Below the pieces are notes generated by a model that worked only from the letters and a program-made list of their open reading frames with translations, did no database searches and was not told where the DNA came from. From positions 2,848,001 through 2,912,000 of the forward strand of contig OY970340.1 in NCBI GenBank assembly GCA_963717465.1: DNA of 64,000 nt. The letters run 5' to 3'. Both the position numbers and the translations under genes were made by a program. Source of the DNA: Candidatus Bathyarchaeota archaeon (GTDB lineage Archaea > Thermoproteota > Bathyarchaeia > Bathyarchaeales > Bathycorpusculaceae). Every line of letters begins with the position of its first letter. Positions within the stretch are counted from its first letter, which is position 1. This document shows positions 1 to 10,075 of the stretch, piece after piece.

Positions 1-790
1 CTGCCTGCTTCAGGTTCAGGATGTTTGAAGCGTGTTTTTTAGGTATTATCCAAAACTCCATTGGGTTCATGCTTGCATAGGGAGCTAAAACTTGAAAGTT
101 TTTGTTATTAATCACGGCTCTTGGGCTGTTAGATTCTCGTTCAATTATGTCGCAGAAAGCGCACTTCTTTTTTTCTTTGAAGAATTTTTTGCTTGCTGCC
201 ATCTCTTCTTGGATTGTGACTGGAACCATCGGCATGGCGATTATTTGGCTGTGTGCGTGAGATAATGATGCACCTGCATCTTGACCATGATTTCGGAAGA
301 TTGAAACGTACTTAATGTAAGGTTTCGTGCTTAATGCGTTTAGCCTGTCAATGTAGGCTTTAATTAAAAGTTCCAGTTGAGGCAGTCTTGCATCGGCAAT
401 ATGTTCATCATGATTTGGAGATTCAGCAATAACTTCATGACCGCCTATTGCGTACCCAAAAGTCTCATTTTTAATGATTTGCTTTTCGTCAGCTTGCTCT
501 TTTGGCGGAGAGAAAGCGGGGTAAAGGTTTGGAAAAGCGCGAATAAGCCAGTTCTTGGGACGTTCACCCTGCAAAGGATCCGCAGATTTAATTATGTCAC
601 CATTTTTTTCTAAATAAAGCATCGAGGCAACTGGGGTCATCTGCTCATTGCCTACGCACATGGGGCAGTTGCTGCTTTTTGCTGCGTCAGGTTTGGGTTT
701 AGCAAAATCAGTGGGCCTGCGACCACGTGCAGTGGCAATTACAACCCAGCGGTTTAACAAGTAATCTTTTCTAAATTCGTTATATGACAT
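1..790 (-). CDS. galT: Galactose-1-phosphate uridylyltransferase (GalT/HIT family), runs off the left edge
   Basis: Manual minus-strand translation: MSYNEFRKDYLLNRWVVIATARGRRP...CPMC...FPNLYP...GHEVIAESP...FRNHGQDAGASLSHAHSQI...CAFC. Not in the ORF track. Confidence 0.88.
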   Translation of the reverse strand, partial: MSYNEFRKDYLLNRWVVIATARGRRPTDFAKPKPDAAKSSNCPMCVGNEQMTPVASMLYLEKNGDIIKSADPLQGERPKNWLIRAFPNLYPAFSPPKEQADEKQIIKNETFGYAIGGHEVIAESPNHDEHIADARLPQLELLIKAYIDRLNALSTKPYIKYVSIFRNHGQDAGASLSHAHSQIIAMPMVPVTIQEEMAASKKFFKEKKKCAFCDIIERESNSPRAVINNKNFQVLAPYASMNPMEFWIIPKKHASNILNLKQA

Positions 791-899
791 ATCTTCACTA
801 AGAGAAGATAATAATGCCAAACATTTTAGCGTTTCCTATAGATACAAGTTTTTAAAGAATCAACAGTAAAATTTTGCTGAGAATAATTGAAGAAAAGAA

Positions 900-1172
900 T
901 TAGTCTTCTGATATTTTTCTCTTTTTAACTTTTAAGGCGTTCTCTTGGTCGCTTATGACCCTAAATGTGTCGGTTAATTCTTGGGCGTGCAGAAACTTTT
1001 TGATTGTAACTCGTAAGTATTTCTTGGAGACTGCTTCTCCTTCACCCTTAATTGTTAAAGTTTTTGAATCTGTTGTGACTTCTGCTCCTGTTTTATCTTT
1101 TAGGAAACTGGAGAATTTTGCTATAATGTCGCCATCTTTAAGTTCAGATGCATTAATTTTTATTTCAACCAT
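900..1172 (-). CDS. Ribosomal protein eL22 (L22e)-like
   Basis: 90-aa basic protein; SKKYLRVTIKKFLHAQELTDTFRVIS resembles the eukaryotic eL22 signature SKRYLKYLTKKYLKK..LRDWLRVVA. Upstream in-frame ATG at 1196. Confidence 0.75.
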   Translation of the reverse strand: MVEIKINASELKDGDIIAKFSSFLKDKTGAEVTTDSKTLTIKGEGEAVSKKYLRVTIKKFLHAQELTDTFRVISDQENALKVKKRKISED

Positions 1173-1317
1173 TTTTTGTTCACCTTGACCATGCATTAGT
1201 TTTAGATGCTTTTCATAGCTACTGTATTGACAAGATATATGCTTTTAGTATGCCGGCATGTTTGTTGGTTGCTCCATTTGCATGTTTTTGTTTCTGCTTT
1301 TGGTATTAGTCTTTGTT

Positions 1318-2424
1318 CTATGTTTTTTGGTCGAGAATTGCTGCGGTTATTGCGGTAGTGGTAGGTGCTGGAGTGCCTGCTGGGAAAGTCATTTTATCGT
1401 ATCTCTTGTGTTTGTAGTAACCCATGGAAACGGTCCAGGCAATGATGAAGGTTGCGATGATTGTGTAGCCTATTATTCCGAAATCAAGGTTTTGGAGTGT
1501 GTACCAGACGCCTGTTGTTAAGCCTATTTGTGATGAAACCACTTGAGTAATCTCGATGCCGCCTATAATGAAGGCAACCATGACTGAGATTATGGTGATT
1601 GTCAGGTTGTAGTAGATTTTACGTATTGGCTTGAGGAATGCCCAGCCGTATGCGCATCTCATTAGTACGCCGTCTGTCGTGTCGATTGTAACCATGCCCA
1701 CAGTGAACAGTAGCGGACAAACGAGGAAGTAAACCATGGGAACATTGCTAACAGCAAGGGAGGCGCCGATCGCGAATAGAGCAATCTGTGTTGCTGTATC
1801 GAAACCTAACCCGAAAAGTACGCCTATTGGGTAAATTTGCCATGGTTCATTGATTATTCTGAATAGTTTTCCGAAGGCTCTGCCCGTGAAACTATTTTTG
1901 TTAATAGTTTCATCTATTTCATCCCCTTTGATTCGGCCTTTCTTTAAGTCCTTGAATGTCCTGTACACACCTAGCACTATGAGAACGTTGATGAATCCAA
2001 TAAGGAACAGGAATGTCCCGCTGATTAACGAGCCGATGATGTTGCCACCTGTCTGTAGTCCAGGTATAGCACCTTGGATTGCTTTGGTTGCGATTACTAA
2101 GGCTACAAATAGAGCCATTACGATTGTTGAATGCCCCAGGGAAAACCATGTGCCTACTGTTGAAGCCCGCTTTTTTTGCTGCAATAGCTTTCGAGTGGTG
2201 TTATCAATTGCAGCAATGTGGTCAGCGTCAACTGCGTGTTGCAAACCATACACGTAAGATACTAGGCCTAATCCTGCAAGGAGTGCATACTTGTATCCGA
2301 TGAAGAATGCAGAAATGATAAGTATAACTGTTATTGCGGCTAAAACGCCATAAATGCTGCCTATTTTTATTTTCTCTTTAACAGTCAATCCCAGTCTATC
2401 GCACTTTTCGTTTTCTTCGCCCAT
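1318..2424 (-). CDS. High-affinity nickel/cobalt transporter (NiCoT, HoxN/NixA family)
   Basis: HAVDADHIAAID, FSLGHSTIV and LFGLGFDTATQ motifs; multiple TM helices. Start placed at ATG 2424, downstream of the TATA box and operator. Confidence 0.93.
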   Translation of the reverse strand: MGEENEKCDRLGLTVKEKIKIGSIYGVLAAITVILIISAFFIGYKYALLAGLGLVSYVYGLQHAVDADHIAAIDNTTRKLLQQKKRASTVGTWFSLGHSTIVMALFVALVIATKAIQGAIPGLQTGGNIIGSLISGTFLFLIGFINVLIVLGVYRTFKDLKKGRIKGDEIDETINKNSFTGRAFGKLFRIINEPWQIYPIGVLFGLGFDTATQIALFAIGASLAVSNVPMVYFLVCPLLFTVGMVTIDTTDGVLMRCAYGWAFLKPIRKIYYNLTITIISVMVAFIIGGIEITQVVSSQIGLTTGVWYTLQNLDFGIIGYTIIATFIIAWTVSMGYYKHKRYDKMTFPAGTPAPTTTAITAAILDQKT

Positions 2425-2434
2425 TCTAAGCCCA

Positions 2435-2462
2435 GTAATACTTTTATCATAAATCGTGTTAC
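2435..2462. promoter_or_regulatory. Putative NikR operator
   Basis: 28-bp imperfect palindrome GTAATAC-N14-GTGTTAC between a minus-strand TTTATAT box (~2467-2473) and the NiCoT start; nikR lies 3 kb away. Confidence 0.65.
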
Positions 2463-2572
2463 GCACATATAAAAACATTTAGCTTTCATTTGTTTGCCAA
2501 TTCTGAATGCCTTAGTTCACCCTTTATCTTGGAGATCAATAAGAATTCGTGCGCATGCGTCATTCAAAGTTT

Positions 2573-3472
2573 TTAAGCACGCACAGACGTCACATTTTCT
2601 GCTGCCTTATTCCATAAGCCTTCAAAGAAGCTTTGAAATATTTCTACGCACCCAGGATGATTAACGTACAAAAATGAATCTTTCTCAGGTCCTGAAATTT
2701 TCGAGAGATTAACCCAGACTTCTTTCTCATCATGCATCGCTAATTGTACTTCTGGCACAAAACTAATGTATTTCATATTGAAATTAGGTTCGGTAATTAA
2801 TCTTTTAAGGTTCTCTTGTTTCCATTCCATGTTTAATTCAGATACGATAACTCGGTACGTTACACCTCTCTTCATAGCCGCAATATGATCATCTGCATTC
2901 CCAAGCGTAGTTGTGAAAAATGTTTTATTATTAATCAAAATATCACAGCTTTCTTTAAGGTTAGCACAAAATCGACTTATTTCTCTAAAGGTTTTTTCTT
3001 TACTTGGCGAATTTAATATTTTAAAGCTGTAGTTGTCTTTTTCAGTCGTTGCATTCTTCACACGAGCCATTTGCAGTAGACCATTCAAATCAGATTGAAT
3101 CTTATTATATTCTTCTTTTTTGCATTCCAACAAAATAGAAAGCGCTTCCTGCAGCGGCACCGCTTCCCAAATAATTGGTGTCCCTAAAATCTGTTCAACT
3201 AACCCTATTTTATGCAATTGTGAGATTGCTTGGTAAACATTGGAACGATCCGTATTCAATTTATTTGCTATGAAGCTTCCAGTTTGTTTTCCTGTTTGAA
3301 CCAAAAATAGGTATACAGTGGCCTGAAGAGTTGTCAACCCTGCATTCCTCAAGGGTTGTACAACTTTTTCTGAAAGTCGCAATTCTTTACCCTCAAACCT
3401 GAAAACCACTAATTTAAAATTTAAGATTTTCGGAAGTCTTTCGTAAATTATTTCTTGTTGTAGTGTATTCAT
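2573..3472 (-). CDS. TrmB-family transcriptional regulator
   Basis: N-terminal wHTH (GLTTLQATVY...DRSNVYQAISQLHKIGLVE) plus C-terminal effector domain; true start may be further downstream. Confidence 0.85.
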   Translation of the reverse strand: MNTLQQEIIYERLPKILNFKLVVFRFEGKELRLSEKVVQPLRNAGLTTLQATVYLFLVQTGKQTGSFIANKLNTDRSNVYQAISQLHKIGLVEQILGTPIIWEAVPLQEALSILLECKKEEYNKIQSDLNGLLQMARVKNATTEKDNYSFKILNSPSKEKTFREISRFCANLKESCDILINNKTFFTTTLGNADDHIAAMKRGVTYRVIVSELNMEWKQENLKRLITEPNFNMKYISFVPEVQLAMHDEKEVWVNLSKISGPEKDSFLYVNHPGCVEIFQSFFEGLWNKAAENVTSVRA

Positions 3473-3583
3473 AACACCACAAAAGCTTAAGAGTTTATTT
3501 AAGACTTCAAAAATCTCAATTTAAAAAGTGGGATAGTCAATTTGGTCAGGGGTTGCTGACTTTCAAAAGCAGGTGTATGGATA

Positions 3584-5578
3584 ATGGTAAGCAAATACGA
3601 TAAACTTTTTGAGCCTGTTAATATTGGAAAGCTTCAATTAAAAAACCGTTTTGCGATGGCTCCGATGGCTATAGCCCGTTCGACAGGTGATTGGACATAC
3701 GCTAAAGAAGCGCAAGATTACTATATTGAAAGAGCCAAAGGCGGCATAGGCCTTATTATTACAGGCGCCAACTTTGTTGATAATACAGTTGAAAAACACA
3801 TTAATGGCATGTTTCCCTGCCCAACTGAAAGCCCCATGAACTATATACAAGCGTTAAAATTCATGGCGGACAAAATCCATTCATACGGCTCAAAACTTTT
3901 CGTGCAATTGACAGCAGGTCTTGGGCGTTCAGCTATTCCGCAAGTAATTGAAGATGAATCGTACGTGGCACCTTCTCCAACAACTAATAGGTGGGACAAT
4001 AGAATTGCACATAGAGCATTGAAAACTGAAGAAATTTATACCATAATTAAAAAATTTGCTGAAAGTGCCAAAATCGTTCAACAGGGTGGAGCTGATGGCG
4101 TAGAGGTTCATGCGGTGCATGAAGGCTATCTTATGGATATCTTCACTATGGCGTATTTTAATCATAGAACTGATGAATTTGGCGGTGATATGATGGGAAG
4201 GCTAAAGTTTCCAATAGAAACCTTGAAAGCCGTAAAGACCGCTTGTGGAAAAGACTTCCCTGTGTCACTTAGATTCAGCGTTAAAAGTTACATTAAAGAA
4301 GAACGTCATGGAGGTCTTCCTGGCGAAACTTTCAAAGAGATCGGCAGAGATGTTGATGAGGGCTTAAAGTTTGCGAAAATTCTAGAAGATGCTGGTTACG
4401 ACGCTTTGAATGTCGATGCCGGTTCATATGATGCTTGGTACTGGGCTCATCCGCCGATGTTTTTTGAAAAAGGAGTTTACTTAAAATTCGGCAAAATGGT
4501 AAAGGAAACAGTGAAAATTCCAGTTCTTGTAGCGGGCAGGTTGGGTTATCCTGATTTAGACATTGAAGCTGTAGAAGAAGGCTTCACGGATATTGTTGAA
4601 CTTGGGCGACCTCTTCTCGCTGATCCATTTTACGTAAATAAACTAAAACAAGGAGATATTGATGACATAAGACCTTGTCTTTCATGTCATGATGGCTGTG
4701 TTGAACGGGGTTTTCAAATGCGTGAGCCTTCCTGCGCCATTAATCCAACAGTTAACAGGGAAGAGGAAGCGAAATTTGGCAAAGCTGATACTGTTAAGAG
4801 AGCCATCGTTGTCGGCGATGGTCCAGCAGGCATGGAATCGGCAAGAGTATTAGCATTGCGCGGTCACAAAGTTAAGCTTTATGAGAAAGATAATACGTTA
4901 GGTGGAACTTACCGTTTTGCTGCTGTACCAGAGTTTAAAGATGACAGTAAGCTTCTCATCGAATGGTATAAGCGTCAGCTTAGCAAGTTAGGCGTGGCTG
5001 TCTTCTTAAACCATGAAATAACTGAAAATGATGAGGAGTTGAAAAATGCCGATGTAGTCATTACTGCCACTGGATCGTCAGAGATTATTCCCAAGATTGA
5101 AGGCGTAAATAAGGCCACCACAGCTATCAATGTGCTTAGCGGCAAAATCAAAGTCAACGATAAATGCACTATCGTTGGCGCTGGACAGGTGGGTTGCGAG
5201 ACGGCGATTTGGCTTAGCCAGCATGGCAAAAGAGTTACCTTAATTGAAATGGCGGATTGCCTGATGCCAAGAGGCGGCGTCGCCCCTATGAATGAGCAGA
5301 TGATCGTGGAGCTTTTAGAACACTTCAACGTTCAGATACACTTGAACTCAAAGCTCTTATCAATAGATGACTCAGGCATCGTGATAAACAAGAATGGCGT
5401 TCAGGAGAGAATTGAAAGCGGGCAGGTTATTCTATCCCTTGGTTACCGGTCCAATCCTGGATTGTTCAATAAACTTTGCAAGAATATACCAGGAATCTAT
5501 AATTTAGGTGATTCAAAATCTGTTGCTAATATCATGGAAGCTATTTGGGACGCATACGAAGTCTGCAGTCACTTATAA
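3584..5578 (+). CDS. NADH:flavin oxidoreductase, Fe-S old-yellow-enzyme family (2-enoate reductase-like)
   Basis: LKNRFAMAPM, EVHAVHEGYL, 4Fe-4S motif CLSCHDGC...C, and two Rossmann motifs (GDGPAG, GAGQVG). Confidence 0.9.
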   Translation: MVSKYDKLFEPVNIGKLQLKNRFAMAPMAIARSTGDWTYAKEAQDYYIERAKGGIGLIITGANFVDNTVEKHINGMFPCPTESPMNYIQALKFMADKIHSYGSKLFVQLTAGLGRSAIPQVIEDESYVAPSPTTNRWDNRIAHRALKTEEIYTIIKKFAESAKIVQQGGADGVEVHAVHEGYLMDIFTMAYFNHRTDEFGGDMMGRLKFPIETLKAVKTACGKDFPVSLRFSVKSYIKEERHGGLPGETFKEIGRDVDEGLKFAKILEDAGYDALNVDAGSYDAWYWAHPPMFFEKGVYLKFGKMVKETVKIPVLVAGRLGYPDLDIEAVEEGFTDIVELGRPLLADPFYVNKLKQGDIDDIRPCLSCHDGCVERGFQMREPSCAINPTVNREEEAKFGKADTVKRAIVVGDGPAGMESARVLALRGHKVKLYEKDNTLGGTYRFAAVPEFKDDSKLLIEWYKRQLSKLGVAVFLNHEITENDEELKNADVVITATGSSEIIPKIEGVNKATTAINVLSGKIKVNDKCTIVGAGQVGCETAIWLSQHGKRVTLIEMADCLMPRGGVAPMNEQMIVELLEHFNVQIHLNSKLLSIDDSGIVINKNGVQERIESGQVILSLGYRSNPGLFNKLCKNIPGIYNLGDSKSVANIMEAIWDAYEVCSHL

Positions 5579-5720
5579 AAAAATTATCCGCATGGCAGAA
5601 TGGCAGCAAAGCCCAAACACTATAAAAATCAGTAGCATTCTTTTTGAAGGCGTAGCAGACGAATTTTTGGCAATGTAAAACTTTAAAGGTTAAATCAAAG
5701 CAATAACGAAAGAGGGAAAA

Positions 5721-6137
5721 ATGACCAAAATTACTAGAGCAGGCGTAACCTTTCCACCAGAGCTTCTCAAAGACTTCGATGAAATAATAGGCAAAATGGG
5801 GTATGAGAACCGCAGCAAAGCCATTCAAGATGCCGTGCGACTATTCGTCTCTGAGAGAAAATGGATTCAGCAAGAGGAAAACACTCAGCAAACAGGCATG
5901 ATAATAATGGTTTACGACCACGAAACCAGAGGCCTAGAAGAAGAACTAACTGAAATACAACATCAACATAAACGAATAGTCACATCAACCATGCACGTTC
6001 ACATTAGCGAAAGAGACTGCCTTGAAGGAATAGCAGTAAAAGGCAGAGTCTCCGAAATCCGAAAACTAGGCGATGAACTGAGAACGCGCAGAGGAGTAAA
6101 AATTCTAAAAATAGTAGTTGCAACAGAAGCAGAATAG
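5721..6137 (+). CDS. nikR: Nickel-responsive regulator NikR
   Basis: RHH N-terminus (RAGVTFP...NRSKAIQDAVR) and Ni-site residues QH...MHVH...CLE. Confidence 0.9.
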   Translation: MTKITRAGVTFPPELLKDFDEIIGKMGYENRSKAIQDAVRLFVSERKWIQQEENTQQTGMIIMVYDHETRGLEEELTEIQHQHKRIVTSTMHVHISERDCLEGIAVKGRVSEIRKLGDELRTRRGVKILKIVVATEAE

Positions 6138-6493
6138 CATCCCACGAAAATTAAGATAAACTTGTTCTTAGGTTAAACTGAATTTCAAGTTCGTAGAACT
6201 TACCTGTGCGAATGCTATTAGCAATTTTGTTCCAGAAGACATCGTGGAAAGGTCAAATAACTTGGAAAGCTAATTATGGATAATACGCTTTTCAATTCAG
6301 CGTATAACTGAACATTGGGTAATCCTTCATTTGTTTACGGTCATACAGAAATATACTGGCATGAAATTGATTATTTTCTAAGTACAACCTGCAATAATTT
6401 AAGTTAAGATGTCGTGACTAAAAACGAAATATTTTTAATAGGCAAATGTGGAAAAAGGGAAATGCACTCTTAGAATTTAAGAGAATTATAAAG

Positions 6494-9400
6494 TTATTTC
6501 TCTAGTCTAAACTTGTCTTGCGGTATTTCTATTGTAAATTTGGCGCCGGAACCTAGTTTGCCGTTTTCTTCTATGCTCCAGCCGTAGGCTTCAATTATGC
6601 GTTTTATCATGTAAAGGCCAAACCCAGTTCCTTTGCCAAAGCCTTTCTCAAAAAGATGAGATCTAACCTCATCGGTCATTCCCACTCCATTATCCTCGTA
6701 GATGAGAAGAAGGGACTTCTCGCTTCTTTGGAAATGAAGAGTGATTAGAGTAGTTTTTTCTCCGTATTTTAATGTATTATCCATTAAGTTATACAATAAT
6801 TGGCGCAATAGAGAATCGGCTAGCACTTCTAATCCTTCGCAGTTGCATTGTGTTTTTATGCCTTTAAAGTCGGATACCAGCGAAGAGGCTTCAGCGAAAT
6901 ATTTTTCAACAGTCACATAAGCCAAATTTTCTGAATTGATTTGCTCGTATATTCTTTCAAATTCTAAAATAGCCAACAACTGCTTTGATGCTTCATCCAT
7001 TTTAGCCAAATGATTAATTGCGACTTCATTACCTGAAATTTGCTTTTTGAGCAGGTACATGTAACCATTTAAAACACCAAGCTTATTTCTGACATCGTGT
7101 CTTGTTAAACTTGCAATTACTCGAAGTTTCTCATTCAACTCCTTTATCTTCTCAGTTGCCGTAGCATATTCCGCAACATAACCTTGGAGTTCAAGTTCCA
7201 CACTTTTTTGATCAGTTATATCAGTGTAGGTACTTATCGAGCCGAAGTACTCTCCGCTCTTGTCAAAGACGGGGTTAAGCGTGACAATTACGGGAACCGT
7301 CTCTTCATGACGATTTTTTATTTGAATTTCAGCAGACCAGCTTTCGCCTGAAAGGAACCGGTCCAAGGCTATAGTTATCTGTTTTTTAATTACCTCAGTC
7401 GTTAAAAATTCATCAACATTTTTTCCCAGAACCTCTTCTGCGGTCCACCCGTAAAGATTTTCAGCTCCTTTATTCCAGTAACGAATAACATTGTCTTTAT
7501 CTGTCGCAATTAAGGCTTGCCCGACAGCTTCAAGCAGTTGACTTTGAAAAACAAAAGTTTCAGTCATCCTTTTCTGCTCAGTAATATCGGTAACAATACC
7601 TCTTAATCCAACAGTCTTGTCGCCAAATTTAATTGGCACCGTTTTTACAATCGCGTTAAATCTAGTCCCATCTTTTTTCTTAAATACGTATTCATTGATT
7701 ATGGTTGAAGAAGATTCAATTGCATGTTTAAAGTCATTTCCAGCTTTTTCTAAATATTCTGGAGCAATAAACTTTTGAAAATCTTGGTATCCATTGCTGA
7801 TTTCCCCCAGGGTGTAACCAGTAGTTTCAAATGCAAGTTGATTTATGAAAGTTGCTTTTCCATTCAAGTCTATTTCAAAAATTATCTCAGGCAAAGAATT
7901 AGATAGATCTGCAAAACGTGCAACAGTATTCTTTAGAACTTCTTCAACGTTTTTACGTTCAGTTACATTCTCGAATATTGCAACAAAGTAACCTTTCTTT
8001 GGACTGTAAACTGACAAATTCAGCCACATGTTAAGGGGCTTAAAGAATAATTCGAACTTTTCGGGTTTTCCTGTTAGTGTAACTCTGCCATAAATTTCAA
8101 ATAATTCAGGATGTTCTTGCTTTATCCCTGGAATTGCTTCGGTGACTTTCTTTCCAAGCACATCAGATTTTTTTATCCCAGTGAGATTTGAAAAAGCATT
8201 GTTAACATGAAGATACACAAAGTCAATCGGTTTACCCTCGTGATCAAAAATCATTTTACAATAAGCGAACCCATCAAACATGTTTTCAAACAGACTACGG
8301 AATTTTAGCGATCTCAGCTCCTCATTTGTTGCATGCTCACGCTCAGCTAGTAAGCGATAGTGCGCTTCATTCTCTTGCAGAGCCTCTTCCATCTTTTTGC
8401 GCTCACCGATGTCAATCATCAACCCTCTAAGCCCAACCACTCTGTTGTCACAAACAATCCTAGAAGTCCTAACTAAGACAGTAAAAGGGGTTCCGTCTTT
8501 CCTGAAAAGCCTATACTCATTAAGACCAACATCTTTGCCAGCTAAAGATATTTTAGAGTTCTCAATAGCTCTTTCGCGATCGTCTGGCACAAGAAACTGC
8601 ATGATGTTTCTTCCTAATATCTCCTCACGTGAAAAGCCTGAAAAATCAATCGTCTTTTGATTAATGAAAGTAACTCTTCCAGTTACGTCGAATTCAAAAA
8701 CCATTTCCGGAAGCAAGTTTGCAAGATCTATAAGCCGCTCCTCACTTGCTCTTAGAGCCTGATTGGCCTTCTTGCTTTCGTCAATATCTAAGAACATGCC
8801 CAATACTGCCAGTTGCCCATCGTATTCGATTGGATTTGAAAAGGCTTCTACCCAAAAAATCGAGCCATTCTTACGAACTACCCTGAATTCGAGACCTCTC
8901 TTTACAGTTTCTCCTTCAAACCTATTTTGCAACCGTTCAAAAAGCAAGGTTCGATCATCTTGGAAAACAAGTTCCATAATCGCTTCTGGTGACAGCGAAA
9001 GCATTTCTTCACTGGAATAGCCCAAGTTTTCACACAAAGGCGTATTTGCATAAACAACCTTAATCGGATCGGCCAAAATAATAACGATTCCTTGAGATGA
9101 TTTTTCTACGACCGTTCGATACTTCATCTCAGACTCGATTAACAATTGCTTGGCTTTCTTGCTTTCTGCAACCTGAGTAATTGCGTTTTCAAGTTCACGA
9201 TAAACTATTTCAGGCGAACCGTTCTTGTTAATATACCTATCTGCTCCTAAATTTAGAGCATTGACTATCACTTCTTCCCTGCCTTTTCCTGTGAAAAGAA
9301 TAAAAGGAGTATCTATTTTGTTAAGTCTGAGCTCCTTTAGTAAATCTAACCCGTTTTTCGAAGGCATTTCATAATCTGAAATAACTACATCGTAAGTTTG

Positions 9401-9619
9401 TTTCTTCAGTTTTTCTAATGCAGTATCGGCTGATTCAGCAGTGTCAACGTCAAGACCTTCTTCCGTTGATAATATTTGACTTGAGACTTCCAAAAAATTT
9501 CGGTCATCGTCAACGTGCAAAATCTTCAAATGCCTTTTTTTGCGCGAATTTGTTAAATCTATCGTTGAATAAGCCGTTTCAAATTCTTGAACATTAGATC
9601 TCTGCAGCACGTTTCTCAT
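6494..9619 (-). CDS. Hybrid sensor histidine kinase (REC, multiple PAS, HisKA, HATPase)
   Basis: LHVDDD/SDYEMP receiver domain, about five PAS/PAC repeats, TRHDVRNKL H-box, NLMDN..KYG, DNGVG and GTGFGL boxes. Confidence 0.95.
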   Translation of the reverse strand: MRNVLQRSNVQEFETAYSTIDLTNSRKKRHLKILHVDDDRNFLEVSSQILSTEEGLDVDTAESADTALEKLKKQTYDVVISDYEMPSKNGLDLLKELRLNKIDTPFILFTGKGREEVIVNALNLGADRYINKNGSPEIVYRELENAITQVAESKKAKQLLIESEMKYRTVVEKSSQGIVIILADPIKVVYANTPLCENLGYSSEEMLSLSPEAIMELVFQDDRTLLFERLQNRFEGETVKRGLEFRVVRKNGSIFWVEAFSNPIEYDGQLAVLGMFLDIDESKKANQALRASEERLIDLANLLPEMVFEFDVTGRVTFINQKTIDFSGFSREEILGRNIMQFLVPDDRERAIENSKISLAGKDVGLNEYRLFRKDGTPFTVLVRTSRIVCDNRVVGLRGLMIDIGERKKMEEALQENEAHYRLLAEREHATNEELRSLKFRSLFENMFDGFAYCKMIFDHEGKPIDFVYLHVNNAFSNLTGIKKSDVLGKKVTEAIPGIKQEHPELFEIYGRVTLTGKPEKFELFFKPLNMWLNLSVYSPKKGYFVAIFENVTERKNVEEVLKNTVARFADLSNSLPEIIFEIDLNGKATFINQLAFETTGYTLGEISNGYQDFQKFIAPEYLEKAGNDFKHAIESSSTIINEYVFKKKDGTRFNAIVKTVPIKFGDKTVGLRGIVTDITEQKRMTETFVFQSQLLEAVGQALIATDKDNVIRYWNKGAENLYGWTAEEVLGKNVDEFLTTEVIKKQITIALDRFLSGESWSAEIQIKNRHEETVPVIVTLNPVFDKSGEYFGSISTYTDITDQKSVELELQGYVAEYATATEKIKELNEKLRVIASLTRHDVRNKLGVLNGYMYLLKKQISGNEVAINHLAKMDEASKQLLAILEFERIYEQINSENLAYVTVEKYFAEASSLVSDFKGIKTQCNCEGLEVLADSLLRQLLYNLMDNTLKYGEKTTLITLHFQRSEKSLLLIYEDNGVGMTDEVRSHLFEKGFGKGTGFGLYMIKRIIEAYGWSIEENGKLGSGAKFTIEIPQDKFRLEK

Positions 9620-10075
9620 GAATTCAAATAGTGAGGAAGTAAAATAAGGATTGTTAAGCCAAAGTATTGATTATTATGTATTTCTCTTGAAAAAAAAGTA
9701 TCTTACCTCTAACCTTTCCAGAAAAGAACTAGCTATAGTGATGAATGAAAAGAGCCTAATTCTTTAGCCCTTGAAATCAAAACGCACTGTTTGAGTTTCA
9801 CAGTTAACCTAAAAGCTTAAAATCGATAAAAAAAGAAAAATGATTAAACGATTATTATTTTTTGTAAAAAAATTTTACCGTTGTATTAAAATCAATAATA
9901 TAGCACGAGCTATGTTGATGTAATACAGATTTTGTTTGTCAGTTCGCCCGTCGAGTCAATATCACCGCGGTTGCTCTGTGACTCTAAAGCTCATCATCCA
10001 AAAAAGAATACTGCAAACAAAACATAAGACTTTTACGGATAAAGCTGCTTTAGGCAAATTAGGTGTGATAAAATC

